Below, piece by piece: positions 1 to 11,276 of a stretch of DNA of 64,000 nucleotides. The notes below the pieces were generated by a model that was not told the origin of the DNA, ran no database searches, and saw only the letters and a program-made list of their open reading frames with translations. Location: the NCBI GenBank assembly GCA_963832745.1, contig CAWHVC010000001.1, positions 128,001-192,000 of the forward strand, given 5' to 3'. The first letter of the stretch is position 1. Every line of letters starts with the position of its first letter. The stretch comes from Candidatus Bathyarchaeota archaeon. Lineage in GTDB: Archaea; Thermoproteota; Bathyarchaeia; Bathyarchaeales; Bathycorpusculaceae. The position numbers were made by a program, and so were the translations under genes.

Positions 1-56
1 CGATTGCTTTGGGAATCTTTATTGTTTTATACCAGAAAAAGAGAGGTGCCCAATAA
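1..56 (+). CDS. 3' end of a membrane protein, probably complex I subunit J-like (partial)
   Basis: Frame from nt 3 reads IALGIFIVLYQKKRGAQ*; its TAA overlaps the ATG of nuoK. Identity is inferred from operon position only. Confidence 0.5.
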   Translation, partial: IALGIFIVLYQKKRGAQ

Positions 57-370
57 TGGACTTTGTAATCTTATCAATCGTGATGTTGTCAATCGGCATC
101 TACGGCTTGCTAACCAACCGTAATCTCATCAAAGTATTCATTTCACTTGAGTTAATCGCTATAGCCGCCACCTTGAACTTTATCATGTTTGCTATGGGTC
201 AGGGGCTTGGTGAAGCTTTAATGATAATTGCGTTTTCAACAGATACCGCTGTAAGTGCAGTCATCCTTGCAGTACTAGTTATCTTATCTAAAAAGTATGG
301 AATAAGCGACATCAGCAAGATTCCGCAGATACTTCAAAATAAAGAAGAAGAAAAAGAGGTTGAAGCATAA
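56..370 (+). CDS. nuoK: NADH-quinone oxidoreductase subunit K-like (4L) membrane subunit
   Basis: 104 aa, three hydrophobic segments, IGIYGLL..RNLIK.FISLEL motif, upstream of an L-M-N trio. Confidence 0.85.
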   Translation: MDFVILSIVMLSIGIYGLLTNRNLIKVFISLELIAIAATLNFIMFAMGQGLGEALMIIAFSTDTAVSAVILAVLVILSKKYGISDISKIPQILQNKEEEKEVEA

Positions 371-2303
371 TGTCAATCGAAGTTATCTCCGCATGGCTAG
401 TTTGGATACTCCCCCTCTTCGCAAGTTTACTTGTTCCAATAATTGGTAAATATAGCGAAAAAGCACGCAACTGGTTTGTAGTAGCCATTGCAGCTTTAAC
501 CGCCGGCTTAGCCGTTTCCTTGGTGCCTTCTGTCTGGGAAGGCGAAGGAATAGCAATAACAAGCACTTTCCCATGGATACCTCAAATAAGCGCAGGCGTT
601 TTCATTGACCCGTTAAGCGTACTCTTCACCTGCCTAATTGCCTTCTTCGCGTTAATCATTGCAGTCTACTCAATCGGTTACATGAAAGGCGAAAACGGTT
701 TAACCCGTTACTACTACCTCATATTGCTCTTTATCGGTTCCATGATTGGGTTAGTTCTCGCCGATAACATGCTACAAATGTTCATTTTCTGGGAAATGGT
801 TGGCTTATGTAGTTACGCTTTGATTTCATTCTGGTATAAAAAACCTGAATCAATCCGTGCAGGTGTCAAAGTTTTCATAATGACCCGCATCGGAGATGCT
901 TGTCTACTTGGCGCCATCGGTCTGCTGTACTATATGTTTACGACACTTAGTTTCCGAGGAATAATTGATGGAATCCAAGCAGGCGGCTACAACACGGAGT
1001 TGATGATTGTAGTTGCATTCCTTGTCTTAGGCGGTGCGGTCGCAAAATCAGCACAACTCCCACTATTCACTTGGCTCTACAGCGCAATGGAAGCACCAAC
1101 ATCCGTCAGCGCCCTATTGCACGCTGCCACAATGGTTAAAGCTGGTGTTTACCTGCTTGCAAGATTCATCCTGATCTTCTCAGTTGCACCCAGCACTAAT
1201 CGAGGCATTGATACCATCATGGTTTCCAACAATCGCATGGATAGGCGTCTTAACAGCCTTAATTGGTGCAACACTCGCCTTAACAACCACCGACATCAAA
1301 GGAGTCCTCGCATACTCAACCATCAGCCAAATCGGTTTCATGATGGCAGCTTTAGGGGCATCTGCAGTAATGCTAGAAGCGTTGCAACTATCGGCGAAGG
1401 CTGGTTTGCAAGCTCTATTCCACATGGTTAGCCATGCTTTCTTCGAAGGTCTCGGCTTCCTCTTGGCAGGTGGCATAATTCACGCCATCGGCACTCGTGA
1501 CATGCGGTCTGATGGGCGGCTACGGAAAGCTATGCCGATCAGCTTTGCATTGATGGCTATAATGATTATAACTACAAGCGGTTTACCGCCTTTTGCAGCA
1601 TTCTTTAGCAAAGGCTTAATCTTAGAAAGCGTCACCGGAATCGCAACAACCGCAGGCATAATACAACTAATAATTGCTCTACCTAACTGCTGCACTTACA
1701 TTTGCTTACTGTGTCCGTATGTTCAGTTTAGTATTCATGGGCAAGGAATCAGAACACCTGCAGAAACAGCACATTCACGAAGCACCAAAAATCATGCTTG
1801 TCCCTGCGATGATTCTTGCAGGTTTATGCATTATCTGGGGTATCGCGCAACCATTAGTTGGCGAATTCATGCATGTTGAAACACCGAGTTTACTTTCCGC
1901 TTTCACAAGCTTAGAATTCCCAATCTTCATTGCACTGCTTATCCCCACAGGTATAATTGCATACTTAACCTACTACAAAGGCTTCAACGCATTACGCAAC
2001 GTTGCAAGAACAAACAACCCCTTATCCTCACTGCTAAGACATGCATACTTCTTTGACGACTTCTACAATGCAATCGCAAAAGGCCTAACCAAAATCTCAG
2101 AAGGGCTCACAATAATAGAAAACACCTTGTTCGGACGCTACGTTGATGAACTTGGCGCAAAAATCAGTGACGCAGCAAAACCTGGCAAAGCATTGAAACT
2201 AAAACAAGACCCTTCATCAAACTACCGCAACTACTTGGCAGCAGCATTGCTTGGCTTCATACTGATCGTCATATTGATAATCTTAACCATAGGAGTGATC
2301 TAA
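370..2303 (+). CDS. nuoL: Complex I antiporter-like subunit L (NuoL/MrpA family), split by frameshifts
   Basis: FWEMVGLCSY, KSAQLPLFTWL..AMEAPTSVSALLHAATMVKAGVYL and LAYSTISQIG motifs spread over ORFs 370-1431, 1184-1879 and 1674-2303. Indels near 1185, 1508-1520 (compensating pair) and 1680. Confidence 0.88.
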
Positions 2304-2304
2304 G

Positions 2305-3913
2305 ATGTTTCCAGCATTACTATCAATCTTTGCAATATCTTCCATAAGCATCCCGTTCGTTTACCTAACTGGAAAGAAATCCCCTAAAGCAGCGGCAATC
2401 TTTGTCGCATTAATCGCCCTTATCAACATAGGTTTAGTAGCAAGCACAATCCCAACAGTGCTAGACAGCAGCGCCCACCAATGGATAGAATCCTACAAGT
2501 GGATTCCAAACCTAAACAACACACAGTTCACCCTTTTTGTTGACGGCATGAGTGTATCCATCGCATTAATCAGCTTAGTGCTGATTTTTGTTGCCTCACT
2601 TTACAGCGTAAACTACATGGCAGGCAAAAAGAACCTGCCCGTCTACTATGCACTTCTATGCATGCTTTCAGTCGGCTTAATCGGTGTTTTTCTAACATCA
2701 AACATGATTCTCTTCTATTTCTGCTGGGAACTCATGCTTGTACCCGCCTACTTCATAGTCGGAGAATGGGGATACCGCAACAGCTACAAGTCAGCCCTTA
2801 AACTCTTTATATTCACTCACGCTGGGCGCAGTCTTTGTACTGCTGGGCATAGGTGCAATCTATTGGCAGACAGGCGGCTTAACCGACATGTTCCAAGCAC
2901 AACAGGCACTTTTGACCGCCAGTCCCGACATCGTAAGATTAGTTCTTATAGCTTTCACTGCAGGTTTTGCGGTTAAAATGGCAGTGTTTCCAGTACACAT
3001 GTGGCTACCTGATGCCCACTCAGAAGCTCCAGCACCAATGTCTGCACTCTTAAGCGGTGTTATTATTAGCGCAGGCGCTTATGCAATTCTAAGATTATCC
3101 TTCGGCATCGTTTTCCCAGCAGTCGGCGTAGACTTTGGAACAGGTTTTCTATACACGCTTTCAATCATTGCTGTCGTCACAGCTTTCTTTGGTTCATTCC
3201 TTGCACTATTCGCAACAGACATCAAACGTGTCATTGCATACTCAAGCATTTCACACATGGGCTATATCATGTTCGGCATTTCACTGTTCCCAATTAGCGT
3301 AGCAGGAGGAACCGCAGTAGTGCTTGCATCATCAATCGCAATAACCGGTACGATACTTCACATAATCACTCACGCAGCAAGCAAAGGCCTCTTCTTCCTT
3401 ACCGCAGGCGGAGTAATGCACCAAACAGAAGAACGAGACATCCGCAAAATGGGTGGCTTAGCAAGTAAAATGCCGTTCTCAACTGTCTCTGGAATGATTG
3501 CAGCCTTAAGCATTGCCGGCGCGCCACCACTAGCCTGTTTTGTCAGCGAATTCTTCATCTTCATGGGTGCATTCCAAGTTATCGACGGCAACGCAAACTC
3601 ATTTTACGTTATACCCACAGCCTTAATGCTTGTAGCAACAGTATTCTCACTGGCCTACTCGCTACGGTTCATTTCTAAAGTTTTCCTTGGAACAGCCCCT
3701 GGCGAAGTAGTAGAAGACGCTCACAGCGCACACGGAACAACCACTCCAGCTGAACATGTAGAGGCACATGGACACAAAATCGTTGATATACCAAACTACA
3801 TGAAAGTAGCCTTGGCAATCTTGGTGGTTTTGGTTGTTTTAATCGGAATCTACCCAACGTTCTTCATGAATCTAATTCAAACAGTAACATTTGGAGGAGC
3901 AGTAATAGCTTAA
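2305..3913 (+). CDS. nuoM: Complex I antiporter-like subunit M, one frameshift
   Basis: FYFCWELMLVP, VKMAVFPVHMWLPDAHSEAPAP and IAYSSISHMG motifs; frame change at GCTGGGCGCA near 2825. Confidence 0.88.
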
Positions 3914-3926
3914 AAGGTGAAAACTG

Positions 3927-5447
3927 ATGGTTGAAATCATTGATGTATTGTTACCAATATTCACACTAATCGTTGCCGCACTATTGACAATTCCTGTATT
4001 CAGAGTGGCCCGCAAAAGCAGTAACTACAAAAACACGATAGCCATTGCATGGTTTATTGCAATCTTTGCCATTGTAGGCATAAGCGTTGCAAACCTGACC
4101 TTAAACTACTTCAGCGTTGCAGACCCAACAGCTTTAAACATAAACATTAACGGCAATACAGCTTCACCATTCCAAAGCTCCTTCCTAATCGATGCGCTAT
4201 CCCTTTACATGGCAATAATAATGGTTGCCGTCAGTATCGTAGTCATCGTTTACAGCGTATTCTTCTTAAACTCCGCTGAACGCCCAACAGACCGGTATTT
4301 CGCCGTGATGCTAATGCTCACCGCAGCACTACTTGGCGCAGTATTTGCAGGCGACCTCTTAACTCTATTTATATTCTGGGAAATCGCCACCGTTGCTGCA
4401 GCATTCCTTATGATGTTCCGCAAGAACGCGTTTAGCATTAATGCTACAATGAAATTCCTCATTATGGTTATCATCGCTTCAGCGTTTGTCCTCTTAGGTC
4501 TATCACTTGTATTCGGCATAACTGGCAGCTTAAATTACATAGCCGTAAGCAGTGCAATAGGCACAGTCAGTTCATCCAACATGCCTCTTCTAATAATCGC
4601 CTTCGTATTCATCGCTGCAGGCTACGCAATTGAAGCAGCAATCGTGCCCTTCCACTTCTGGCTACCTGACGCCTACACTGCTGCACCAGCACCATCAGCA
4701 GCATTCCTTTCTGCACTTGTAGACCAAGGTGCTTACTACATCCTCATCAGAATACTACTCTACATTATACTACCGCCTGGACAGGGACCAATCGACTGGA
4801 CAATAATGCTTGCAGTCCTAGCCGCCTTAACTATGATCGTCGGCAACATCTTTGCACTTGTACAAAATGACATCAAACGCTTAATAGCATACATCTGCGT
4901 CGCTGATGTCGGCTACAATCTCATAGCAATTACCAGCGCAACCGCCCTGGGCGTCACAGGAAACCTGTACTTCTTCTTAATCGGTGGCTTAACCACAGCA
5001 CTCGCCTTCATGACCGTAGGCATAATGAACAGTCACGGCTTCAAAACACTTGACGACGTAGCAGGAATCGGCAAAAAAATGCCATGGGTCAGCATAGCCT
5101 TAATCATCGCAGGTTTATCTTTTGCAGGTGTACCACCCTTTGGCGGTTTTATGGCAAAATACTTTGTATTCACAGCTGCAATAGAGGCAAACTACAGTTG
5201 GCTAGCAGTTATCGGTGTATTAACAAGTGTCCTTCAAACAGCATACATATTCCGACTCGCTAACACAATGTACGGCAAACAAGCAAAAGATGACAAGACA
5301 ATAGCTTTCAAGATGAACAAGAAAGTCTTCATCCCCATCTTCATCATGGCCGCTGCAATCTTCATCTTGGGCTTATTCCCCAACCTTGTACTGCAACTCA
5401 TACAGCCAGTCATCAACCAACTGCCATTCCTAACCCTCTTAATTTAA
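3927..5447 (+). CDS. nuoN: Complex I antiporter-like subunit N
   Basis: 506 aa polytopic protein with VPFHFWLPDAY..APAP, DIKRLIAY and SFAGVPPFGGF.AK motifs. Confidence 0.85.
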   Translation: MVEIIDVLLPIFTLIVAALLTIPVFRVARKSSNYKNTIAIAWFIAIFAIVGISVANLTLNYFSVADPTALNININGNTASPFQSSFLIDALSLYMAIIMVAVSIVVIVYSVFFLNSAERPTDRYFAVMLMLTAALLGAVFAGDLLTLFIFWEIATVAAAFLMMFRKNAFSINATMKFLIMVIIASAFVLLGLSLVFGITGSLNYIAVSSAIGTVSSSNMPLLIIAFVFIAAGYAIEAAIVPFHFWLPDAYTAAPAPSAAFLSALVDQGAYYILIRILLYIILPPGQGPIDWTIMLAVLAALTMIVGNIFALVQNDIKRLIAYICVADVGYNLIAITSATALGVTGNLYFFLIGGLTTALAFMTVGIMNSHGFKTLDDVAGIGKKMPWVSIALIIAGLSFAGVPPFGGFMAKYFVFTAAIEANYSWLAVIGVLTSVLQTAYIFRLANTMYGKQAKDDKTIAFKMNKKVFIPIFIMAAAIFILGLFPNLVLQLIQPVINQLPFLTLLI

Positions 5448-5457
5448 AACAAAATCT

Positions 5458-5494
5458 GCCTAGCTGCAACATGCAATAGGCTAATACTTTTTTT
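5458..5494 (+). terminator. Possible terminator between convergent operons
   Basis: GCCTA..TGCA/TGCA..TAGGC hairpin followed by a T7 run, right after the nuoN stop. Confidence 0.4.
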
Positions 5495-5507
5495 AAAAAA
5501 TGAGTTT

Positions 5508-6608
5508 TTAGACGGCTATTTCTTCAGACAAGCCGCCTGCTGGATAAGGAAACACATGTGCCTTCTCAATTGGGTAGACTATTGTTATGCCGTCGCCAAC
5601 ATTAAGCCATTCGTCAGTCAAAGATGGCTTGTTAATAACAAATTTATCGCCATTAGTAAGCCGAATATCATAACGGATGAAGGTTCCTTCAAACGTCACT
5701 TTTTCAATGTTACCTGCGAAACCGTTCTCTTCAGCAAGAGTGCCTTTATTCATGACACAAATTTCTGGACGAATAGCAAGAACGATTCGGTCATCTTGCT
5801 TGATGGTTTTGCTATAAGCTTTTGCTTTAAGTCCATCACGTAGTTCGATTTCAACGGTTTCTCCAGCAATCTTTTTAGCATATCCAATTAGAAAGTTTGA
5901 TTCTCCAATAAAGTATGCAACAAAAAGACTGTTCGGTTTCATGTATAACTCTTGAGGTGTGCCTATTTGAACGATTTTACCTTTCTTCATTACTGCGATT
6001 CTGTCAGAAATTGACATTGCTTCAGCTTGGTCATGCGTTACATGAATTGCTGTGAGACTGAGATCTTTTGTCATGCGGCGGATTTCATAACGGATTTCAT
6101 TACGAACTTTTGCGTCTAATTGACCCATTGGTTCGTCAAGTAGAAGGATTTTGCCTCCTGCTGCTAAGGCTCTGGCTACTGCGATGCGTTGCATCATGCC
6201 TCCGCTGAGTTCGCTGGGGTAAGCGTTTAGACGTTCATTGAGTTTTACGAGTTCTAAGACTTCGTGGCCGATGGTTTCAGCTTTTTTTTCGTCATAATTT
6301 TTTACTTTTGGTCCATATAAGACGTTGTCCCATGTGGTCATGTGGGGGAATAATGCGAATGTTTGGAAGACAAAGCCGATGTCTCGGTCTTCTGGTGGAA
6401 CATTATCAACGCGTTTGTCGCCGATGTAGATTTCTCCGCTGTCTGGCTCGATTAGTCCTGCGATTAGTCGTAGCAGGGTGGTTTTGCCGCATCCGCTGGG
6501 TCCCAGCAGTGAAAAGTATTCTTTGTCTTTTATCGTTAAGCTAACGTTGTTTAATGCGTAAAGGTCGCCGTATTTTTTTGTGACGTTGACTACTCTGATA
6601 TCAGGCAT
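5508..6608 (-). CDS. ABC transporter ATP-binding protein (PotA/FbpC/WtpC-like, TOBE C-terminus)
   Basis: GPSGCGKT Walker A, LSGGMMQR signature, LLLDEP, HVTHDQ. Confidence 0.93.
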   Translation of the reverse strand: MPDIRVVNVTKKYGDLYALNNVSLTIKDKEYFSLLGPSGCGKTTLLRLIAGLIEPDSGEIYIGDKRVDNVPPEDRDIGFVFQTFALFPHMTTWDNVLYGPKVKNYDEKKAETIGHEVLELVKLNERLNAYPSELSGGMMQRIAVARALAAGGKILLLDEPMGQLDAKVRNEIRYEIRRMTKDLSLTAIHVTHDQAEAMSISDRIAVMKKGKIVQIGTPQELYMKPNSLFVAYFIGESNFLIGYAKKIAGETVEIELRDGLKAKAYSKTIKQDDRIVLAIRPEICVMNKGTLAEENGFAGNIEKVTFEGTFIRYDIRLTNGDKFVINKPSLTDEWLNVGDGITIVYPIEKAHVFPYPAGGLSEEIAV

Positions 6609-6664
6609 TAATTTTCATCTGCCTACTCATTTTTTTCCTTCTGAGTTTTTTATCGTTTATCATT

Positions 6665-8329
6665 CTAATACTTTCCTTTTCTGGTGATTAATCTCAACAC
6701 CAACAAGATGATGAATGAAAGCACAATCAATATGCCGCATCCTAAGCCAATATCGAGCGGTGTAGCTGGAACGACGCCTTTAACCCAATTCACTATGACA
6801 ACTGGCGCTGTTTGAATGTTTGTTGAAACCGCTAGTGTTGCTCCGGTTTCGCTGACGCTTCTTGTGAATACCATGATGGCGCCAGAAAGAATCGAGTATT
6901 TGGTTAATGGTAAAACTATTGATTTGAAGACTGTGAAGGGTTTTGCGCCTAAAGTTTTTGCTGCGTCTTCTGTGTCAATGTTTATTCTTTCCATTGCTGC
7001 TGACATTGACCTGACAAAGTAGGGATAAGTGATTGAAAGGTGAGCAAAAACTAGTAGCATAAATTCTGGCATGCCTGTGAAGCCTTGCCAGAAAAACTTT
7101 AACGAAATTCCTAAGGCGATTGATGGTACAATTAATGGGACGTTGATTAGTATGTCAAGGAGGTTTGAGGCTAGTTTGCCGAAGGTTTTTCGTGCAATAA
7201 GTATCGCCATTGGGATTCCTGTGATTATTCCAAGTGCCGTAACGATTGCGCCTAGACCGTATGATAGTGCTAGGCTTTGCCAGTAATCTGCCCAAACGCC
7301 GCTTGCAGTGAACGCTGCGGTTAGGGTTGTTCCGGTTGCGATTGCTTGAAATGCTGGTAACGCTACATACAAGGATGGTATTAGTACTAATCCAAAGAAG
7401 ACTGTTAGGGTGATTATGTTTCTTGAGTTTTCGGCTTTTTTGTAGCTGAGTTTTTTTTCTATGCTTGCTAGGCCTTTGCCGAATGGTAAGGTAACTTTTT
7501 TGCCTAATACTTGTATTAATCCGAAGATTAGTAGTGAAACGACAATTAGTATGGTGCTTGCGAAGACTGTGGCTCCTTCGTAGGTTCCTTGTGTGATGGT
7601 TGCTATTTTGAGGTCGTTGCTTAATGTTTGTAGGAATACTGGTCCGTTGAGGAATGCGCCTGCTACGATGAATGTGGCTCCTGTTTCTGAGAGTGAACGT
7701 GCAAACGCTAATGAGTATGCGGCTATTAGGGATGGTTTGATTATTGGGAAAGTTACTGTTCTTGCTGCTGTTAAGGGTGCTGCGCCGAGGGTGCGTGATG
7801 CGCGTTCGTATTCCATTTTGTAGTCGAGTAGTGAACCGACGATTACTCGGACGACTACTGGGTATGAGAATGTGAAGTGTAAAAGTGCGACTAGCATCCA
7901 GCCGGGGGAGACGAGGGATGTGCCGAAAAGTGAGGAGATGCCGCCGTCTTGGCTCCAGAATAGAAGAAGGGAGTAGCCAAGGGCTGCGGTTGGTACGATG
8001 AAGGGGATATCGGCCAACGTGTCAAGGACGTTGAGCCATCTTGATTTGCCGCGGGTGATTATCCATGCTAACGGGATGCCTGCGACTAGATCCAACGCGG
8101 AAACGGCAAGGGCGATTATGAATGAATTTAAGATTGCTCCTAAGGCGAGATTCATCAGTTCTGGCTGATCTAAAACGTTTTGGATGGAACCGAATTTTGT
8201 GATTATTCCAATTATGGGGGGAATTAAAATTATTGCAAAAAAGATTAAGACCGCTGAGAGGTACAGGGTGTATTTTAAGGGTTTTTTTGTGGACCAATTG
8301 TTTATGAGATGCGAGAGTTTGTCAGGCAC
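6665..8329 (-). CDS. ABC transporter permease with two fused BPD_transp_1 domains
   Basis: Two EAA-like loops (ERASRTLGA, EDAAKTLGA) and about 12 TM segments. Likely start is GTG at 8329; the ORF track extends to 8407. Confidence 0.9.
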   Translation of the reverse strand: MPDKLSHLINNWSTKKPLKYTLYLSAVLIFFAIILIPPIIGIITKFGSIQNVLDQPELMNLALGAILNSFIIALAVSALDLVAGIPLAWIITRGKSRWLNVLDTLADIPFIVPTAALGYSLLLFWSQDGGISSLFGTSLVSPGWMLVALLHFTFSYPVVVRVIVGSLLDYKMEYERASRTLGAAPLTAARTVTFPIIKPSLIAAYSLAFARSLSETGATFIVAGAFLNGPVFLQTLSNDLKIATITQGTYEGATVFASTILIVVSLLIFGLIQVLGKKVTLPFGKGLASIEKKLSYKKAENSRNIITLTVFFGLVLIPSLYVALPAFQAIATGTTLTAAFTASGVWADYWQSLALSYGLGAIVTALGIITGIPMAILIARKTFGKLASNLLDILINVPLIVPSIALGISLKFFWQGFTGMPEFMLLVFAHLSITYPYFVRSMSAAMERINIDTEDAAKTLGAKPFTVFKSIVLPLTKYSILSGAIMVFTRSVSETGATLAVSTNIQTAPVVIVNWVKGVVPATPLDIGLGCGILIVLSFIILLVLRLITRKGKY

Positions 8330-8887
8330 TTTGATACTCCTGTATTTCAGGGTTTTTTGCTCAAAAGAAATTCTAAATAGACTATTCTGGTATATTAGTT
8401 GTACCATTAGCGATGGATTTTTCTTTGTAGGTTTACGCTGAAATATTTAGTTCAAATCAGAATTATATAGCAACAAATGTGCAACTGCTCTCGAGCGCTT
8501 TTTTTCACATGTTTGGGTTAGGTTTGGTTGCTTTAGTTTTTTTAGGTTTTTTTGTGTGTTTGTGGGGTTTGTTTTGGGTTGCTTTTTTGAATCCGTGTTT
8601 GTAGTGGTTGCAGGGTACGTCAAGGAAAGGCGGCAAGCGTCAACAGAAGTCAATTGACGTTAAAAGAAGCAACGAAAAGCAATGAACAACGCAATGAAGT
8701 CGGGCACTAGCATGACCCATTCACGTGAGCTAAAGCATTTATCACATCCCAAACAAGAAACCAGCACCCCAACGGCTCCTATAAACAATTTTACGCCTGA
8801 AAAACACTTTTTTAGAAAGCAGTTTTGATTCATGTGAATGACTTGCCAGCACAAACAATGATTGTGTTTAGTTTGGCGTTTTTCCGT

Positions 8888-9157
8888 AAACACTGGTTTT
8901 CAACATATTAATGGCGCAAAAAACAGCCAATACGACCTACCCCCCTTAGGGTTTCTGTAAAAGCGCTGTTTTCTACCTACCCCCTATAGGTTTCAACATA
9001 GAACCTCTAATAGGCTCCAAATAGGTTGGTATAAAAAATAAAGCAACAAAAAGCGTTGCCAAATCAAAAAAACATTAATCACCCAAAAAAATAAGCACTG
9101 AAAACCAACATACTAATGACCAAAAAATCAACCAATACACACCTACCCCCTCTAAGG
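8888..9157. repeat. Dispersed CCTACCCCC-rich repeat, copy A plus a partial tandem copy
   Basis: Colinear with 46811-47002. ACCTACCCCCCTTAG is identical (8935/46859) and CCTACYCCCTATAGGTTT matches 17/18 (8976/46931). Partial copy at 9131-9157. Confidence 0.75.
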
Positions 9158-9433
9158 AATTTCAGAGTTTTTAAAAGATTAATTGATGATTTACAAATCA
9201 AAGTAGCCCACAGTTTTTTGCAATGTATAATTACCCTTGTGAAAGCAATTCCCCCGCAATTTCTAAGAGAAGGCACGAAGTTGATTTATCACACCTTTTA
9301 GCCCCTAAATCCCCTTTTCCCTATCTTAGGGAACAAAAGAGGACTTACTTGATTTCAGAAAAAGCTTGACTGAACCCACTCAAGACTATTTTACTGCAAA
9401 CTTTAAACGCAAAAATAACAAATAGTCTACTAT

Positions 9434-10738
9434 ATGCCAAAATTAGGAAAACTAATTGCTATAGTGCTTGTTTTCATTTTCATTACCACTTTACTTTTCC
9501 TTTGGTTTGCTTATTCATCTAATACAAATTTGACGTGGAACATTCAAGTGGTAGACGACAGAACTTGGGGTGGAGGGTCGCTTGCTTTAGATAGCAATAA
9601 CCAGCCATGCATTGCCTACACCCATTATGAATATAAAAGTGGGCTTTATCGAAATAGATACCTTACTTATGCAACTTTAACTAATTCAAATTGGAACTTA
9701 ACAAGGATAGATATGGGGCATAGCCCCAGCCTTGCACTGAATAAAAATAACATACCTCAAATTATCTACCAAGGGGAAGTAATCGAACCCTTTTTTGGAA
9801 AAAATGACACCTTCCCCTCTGAAAATGGTTTAATGTACGCATACATAAACGGCACATCATGGGTCACACAAGTTATAGATAAAAAAGGCGCGTATGGCTG
9901 CCTTGATTTAGATTCTCTAGGCAACCCTCATGTTGCATACATAAATAACAATACCGTAATGTATGCCAGCTTAAAGGGTTCAAACTGGACCACACAAAAG
10001 ATTGACTCATTTGAAACACTTCTGCCACCAAACCTTTCCATGCAACTTGACTCAAAAAATAATCCCCATATTCTCTATGGGTACATAGTTAGAGAACCAA
10101 CAAATAATCCTGACCAAGTCAACGAATATCAAACTGTAAAATACTTAACATGTAATGGTTCGGCATGGGACATTAAAACATTATTAAATGGCGTCGAGAG
10201 TTTTAGCCCAATGGTTTTAGACTCTAACGATTGCCTCCATTTCCTATATATCGAAAAAAATTCTCAGCCAGCATGGCTAAACGTAAATTTAACCTACGCC
10301 ATTTTGGATAGCACAGGATTGAAAACGAAATTTGCAGCGGTCAATGCCAGCTTTAGTTCAGGCTATCTTTCGCTTGATTACAGAGATAATCCTCATTTTG
10401 ACTACTCCAAAATAACTGATGCTGAATTTGGCGGAACTACAGAAGAATTATCATATGTACAGTGGATAGGAACAAACTGGATTTCAGAGAAAATAGAATC
10501 TGGAGGTTCAGGCGGTCCCCTTATTGTTGACTTAAATGGAAATCCTCATTTGATTTCGACTTCGAATATTGCAGGAACCTATTACAGCGTTTGTAAATAT
10601 ATCTCGGCGACCCGTTCCATACCAGACCCTTCAGTAATTTTTCCCTATCTTATGGTAATGATTGCTATTATCACAACATTAGCATTAGTAAAAATAGTGA
10701 TGCTATTTAGGGGTCGTAGAAAAACAGTTGCAATTTGA
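9434..10738 (+). CDS. Membrane-anchored surface protein with repeated beta-propeller-like blades
   Basis: N-terminal signal/TM, repeated (S)L.LDS.(G/N)NPH motifs, C-terminal TM with basic tail. Confidence 0.8.
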   Translation: MPKLGKLIAIVLVFIFITTLLFLWFAYSSNTNLTWNIQVVDDRTWGGGSLALDSNNQPCIAYTHYEYKSGLYRNRYLTYATLTNSNWNLTRIDMGHSPSLALNKNNIPQIIYQGEVIEPFFGKNDTFPSENGLMYAYINGTSWVTQVIDKKGAYGCLDLDSLGNPHVAYINNNTVMYASLKGSNWTTQKIDSFETLLPPNLSMQLDSKNNPHILYGYIVREPTNNPDQVNEYQTVKYLTCNGSAWDIKTLLNGVESFSPMVLDSNDCLHFLYIEKNSQPAWLNVNLTYAILDSTGLKTKFAAVNASFSSGYLSLDYRDNPHFDYSKITDAEFGGTTEELSYVQWIGTNWISEKIESGGSGGPLIVDLNGNPHLISTSNIAGTYYSVCKYISATRSIPDPSVIFPYLMVMIAIITTLALVKIVMLFRGRRKTVAI

Positions 10739-10910
10739 AGGTAGCGATGTAAGCATAAATCGCCTAAAAGCTTATAACTAGACTAAGTATAGGCGGTTAG
10801 GGATTTTAGATGAGTGCAGAAGGTAAAAATTTACTAAGCTCAAAGGGGCGGGTTATATCCAACACACCACGCCCATTTTACCGCACACCACCCCTATTTA
10901 TGGAAAAGCT

Positions 10911-11191
10911 GTTCTAAACGCCATTTGCTTGAGGGTTAGAGATATTGACGTTCTAAGCGCATTACTTGAGGGTTAACTAATACCTCTCTTTAAGCCTATT
11001 AAAAGTACCTGTTCGTTACGCACTTGAGTGTGACGTAGTATTAATGATAAGTTGCAGGCGTGTCCTGAGCTATACAGATGATATACTACCTAAGAGCCCA
11101 CCTATTTTATCCCTATAGGGAAAAGTAGTTCTAAAGGTAAACATTTCGAGGGTATTAGTTTTTTACGTTTTAATCGTATGTTAGAGGGCTA
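10911..11191. repeat. Four GTTYTAA-N10..13-GAGGG units in two pairs
   Basis: Units start at 10911, 10950, 11128 and 11167; spacing is 39 bp within each pair. Confidence 0.6.
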
Positions 11192-11276
11192 ACTAAAATA
11201 CGATGTAACTAACTATTAAGATTTGTTCCAATAACCAGCTCGCGTATACTGTGTAATCCTCAACACAAGTAACCTA

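Noticed and set aside
370-3913. nuoL/nuoM as pseudogenes or programmed frameshifts
   Set aside because: Single-base indels, including a compensating pair near 1510, recur in many unrelated genes with otherwise intact motifs. Sequencing error is the simplest explanation; read polishing would settle it.
10911-11191. CRISPR array
   Set aside because: Units are degenerate and irregularly spaced overall, and no cas genes are in the window.
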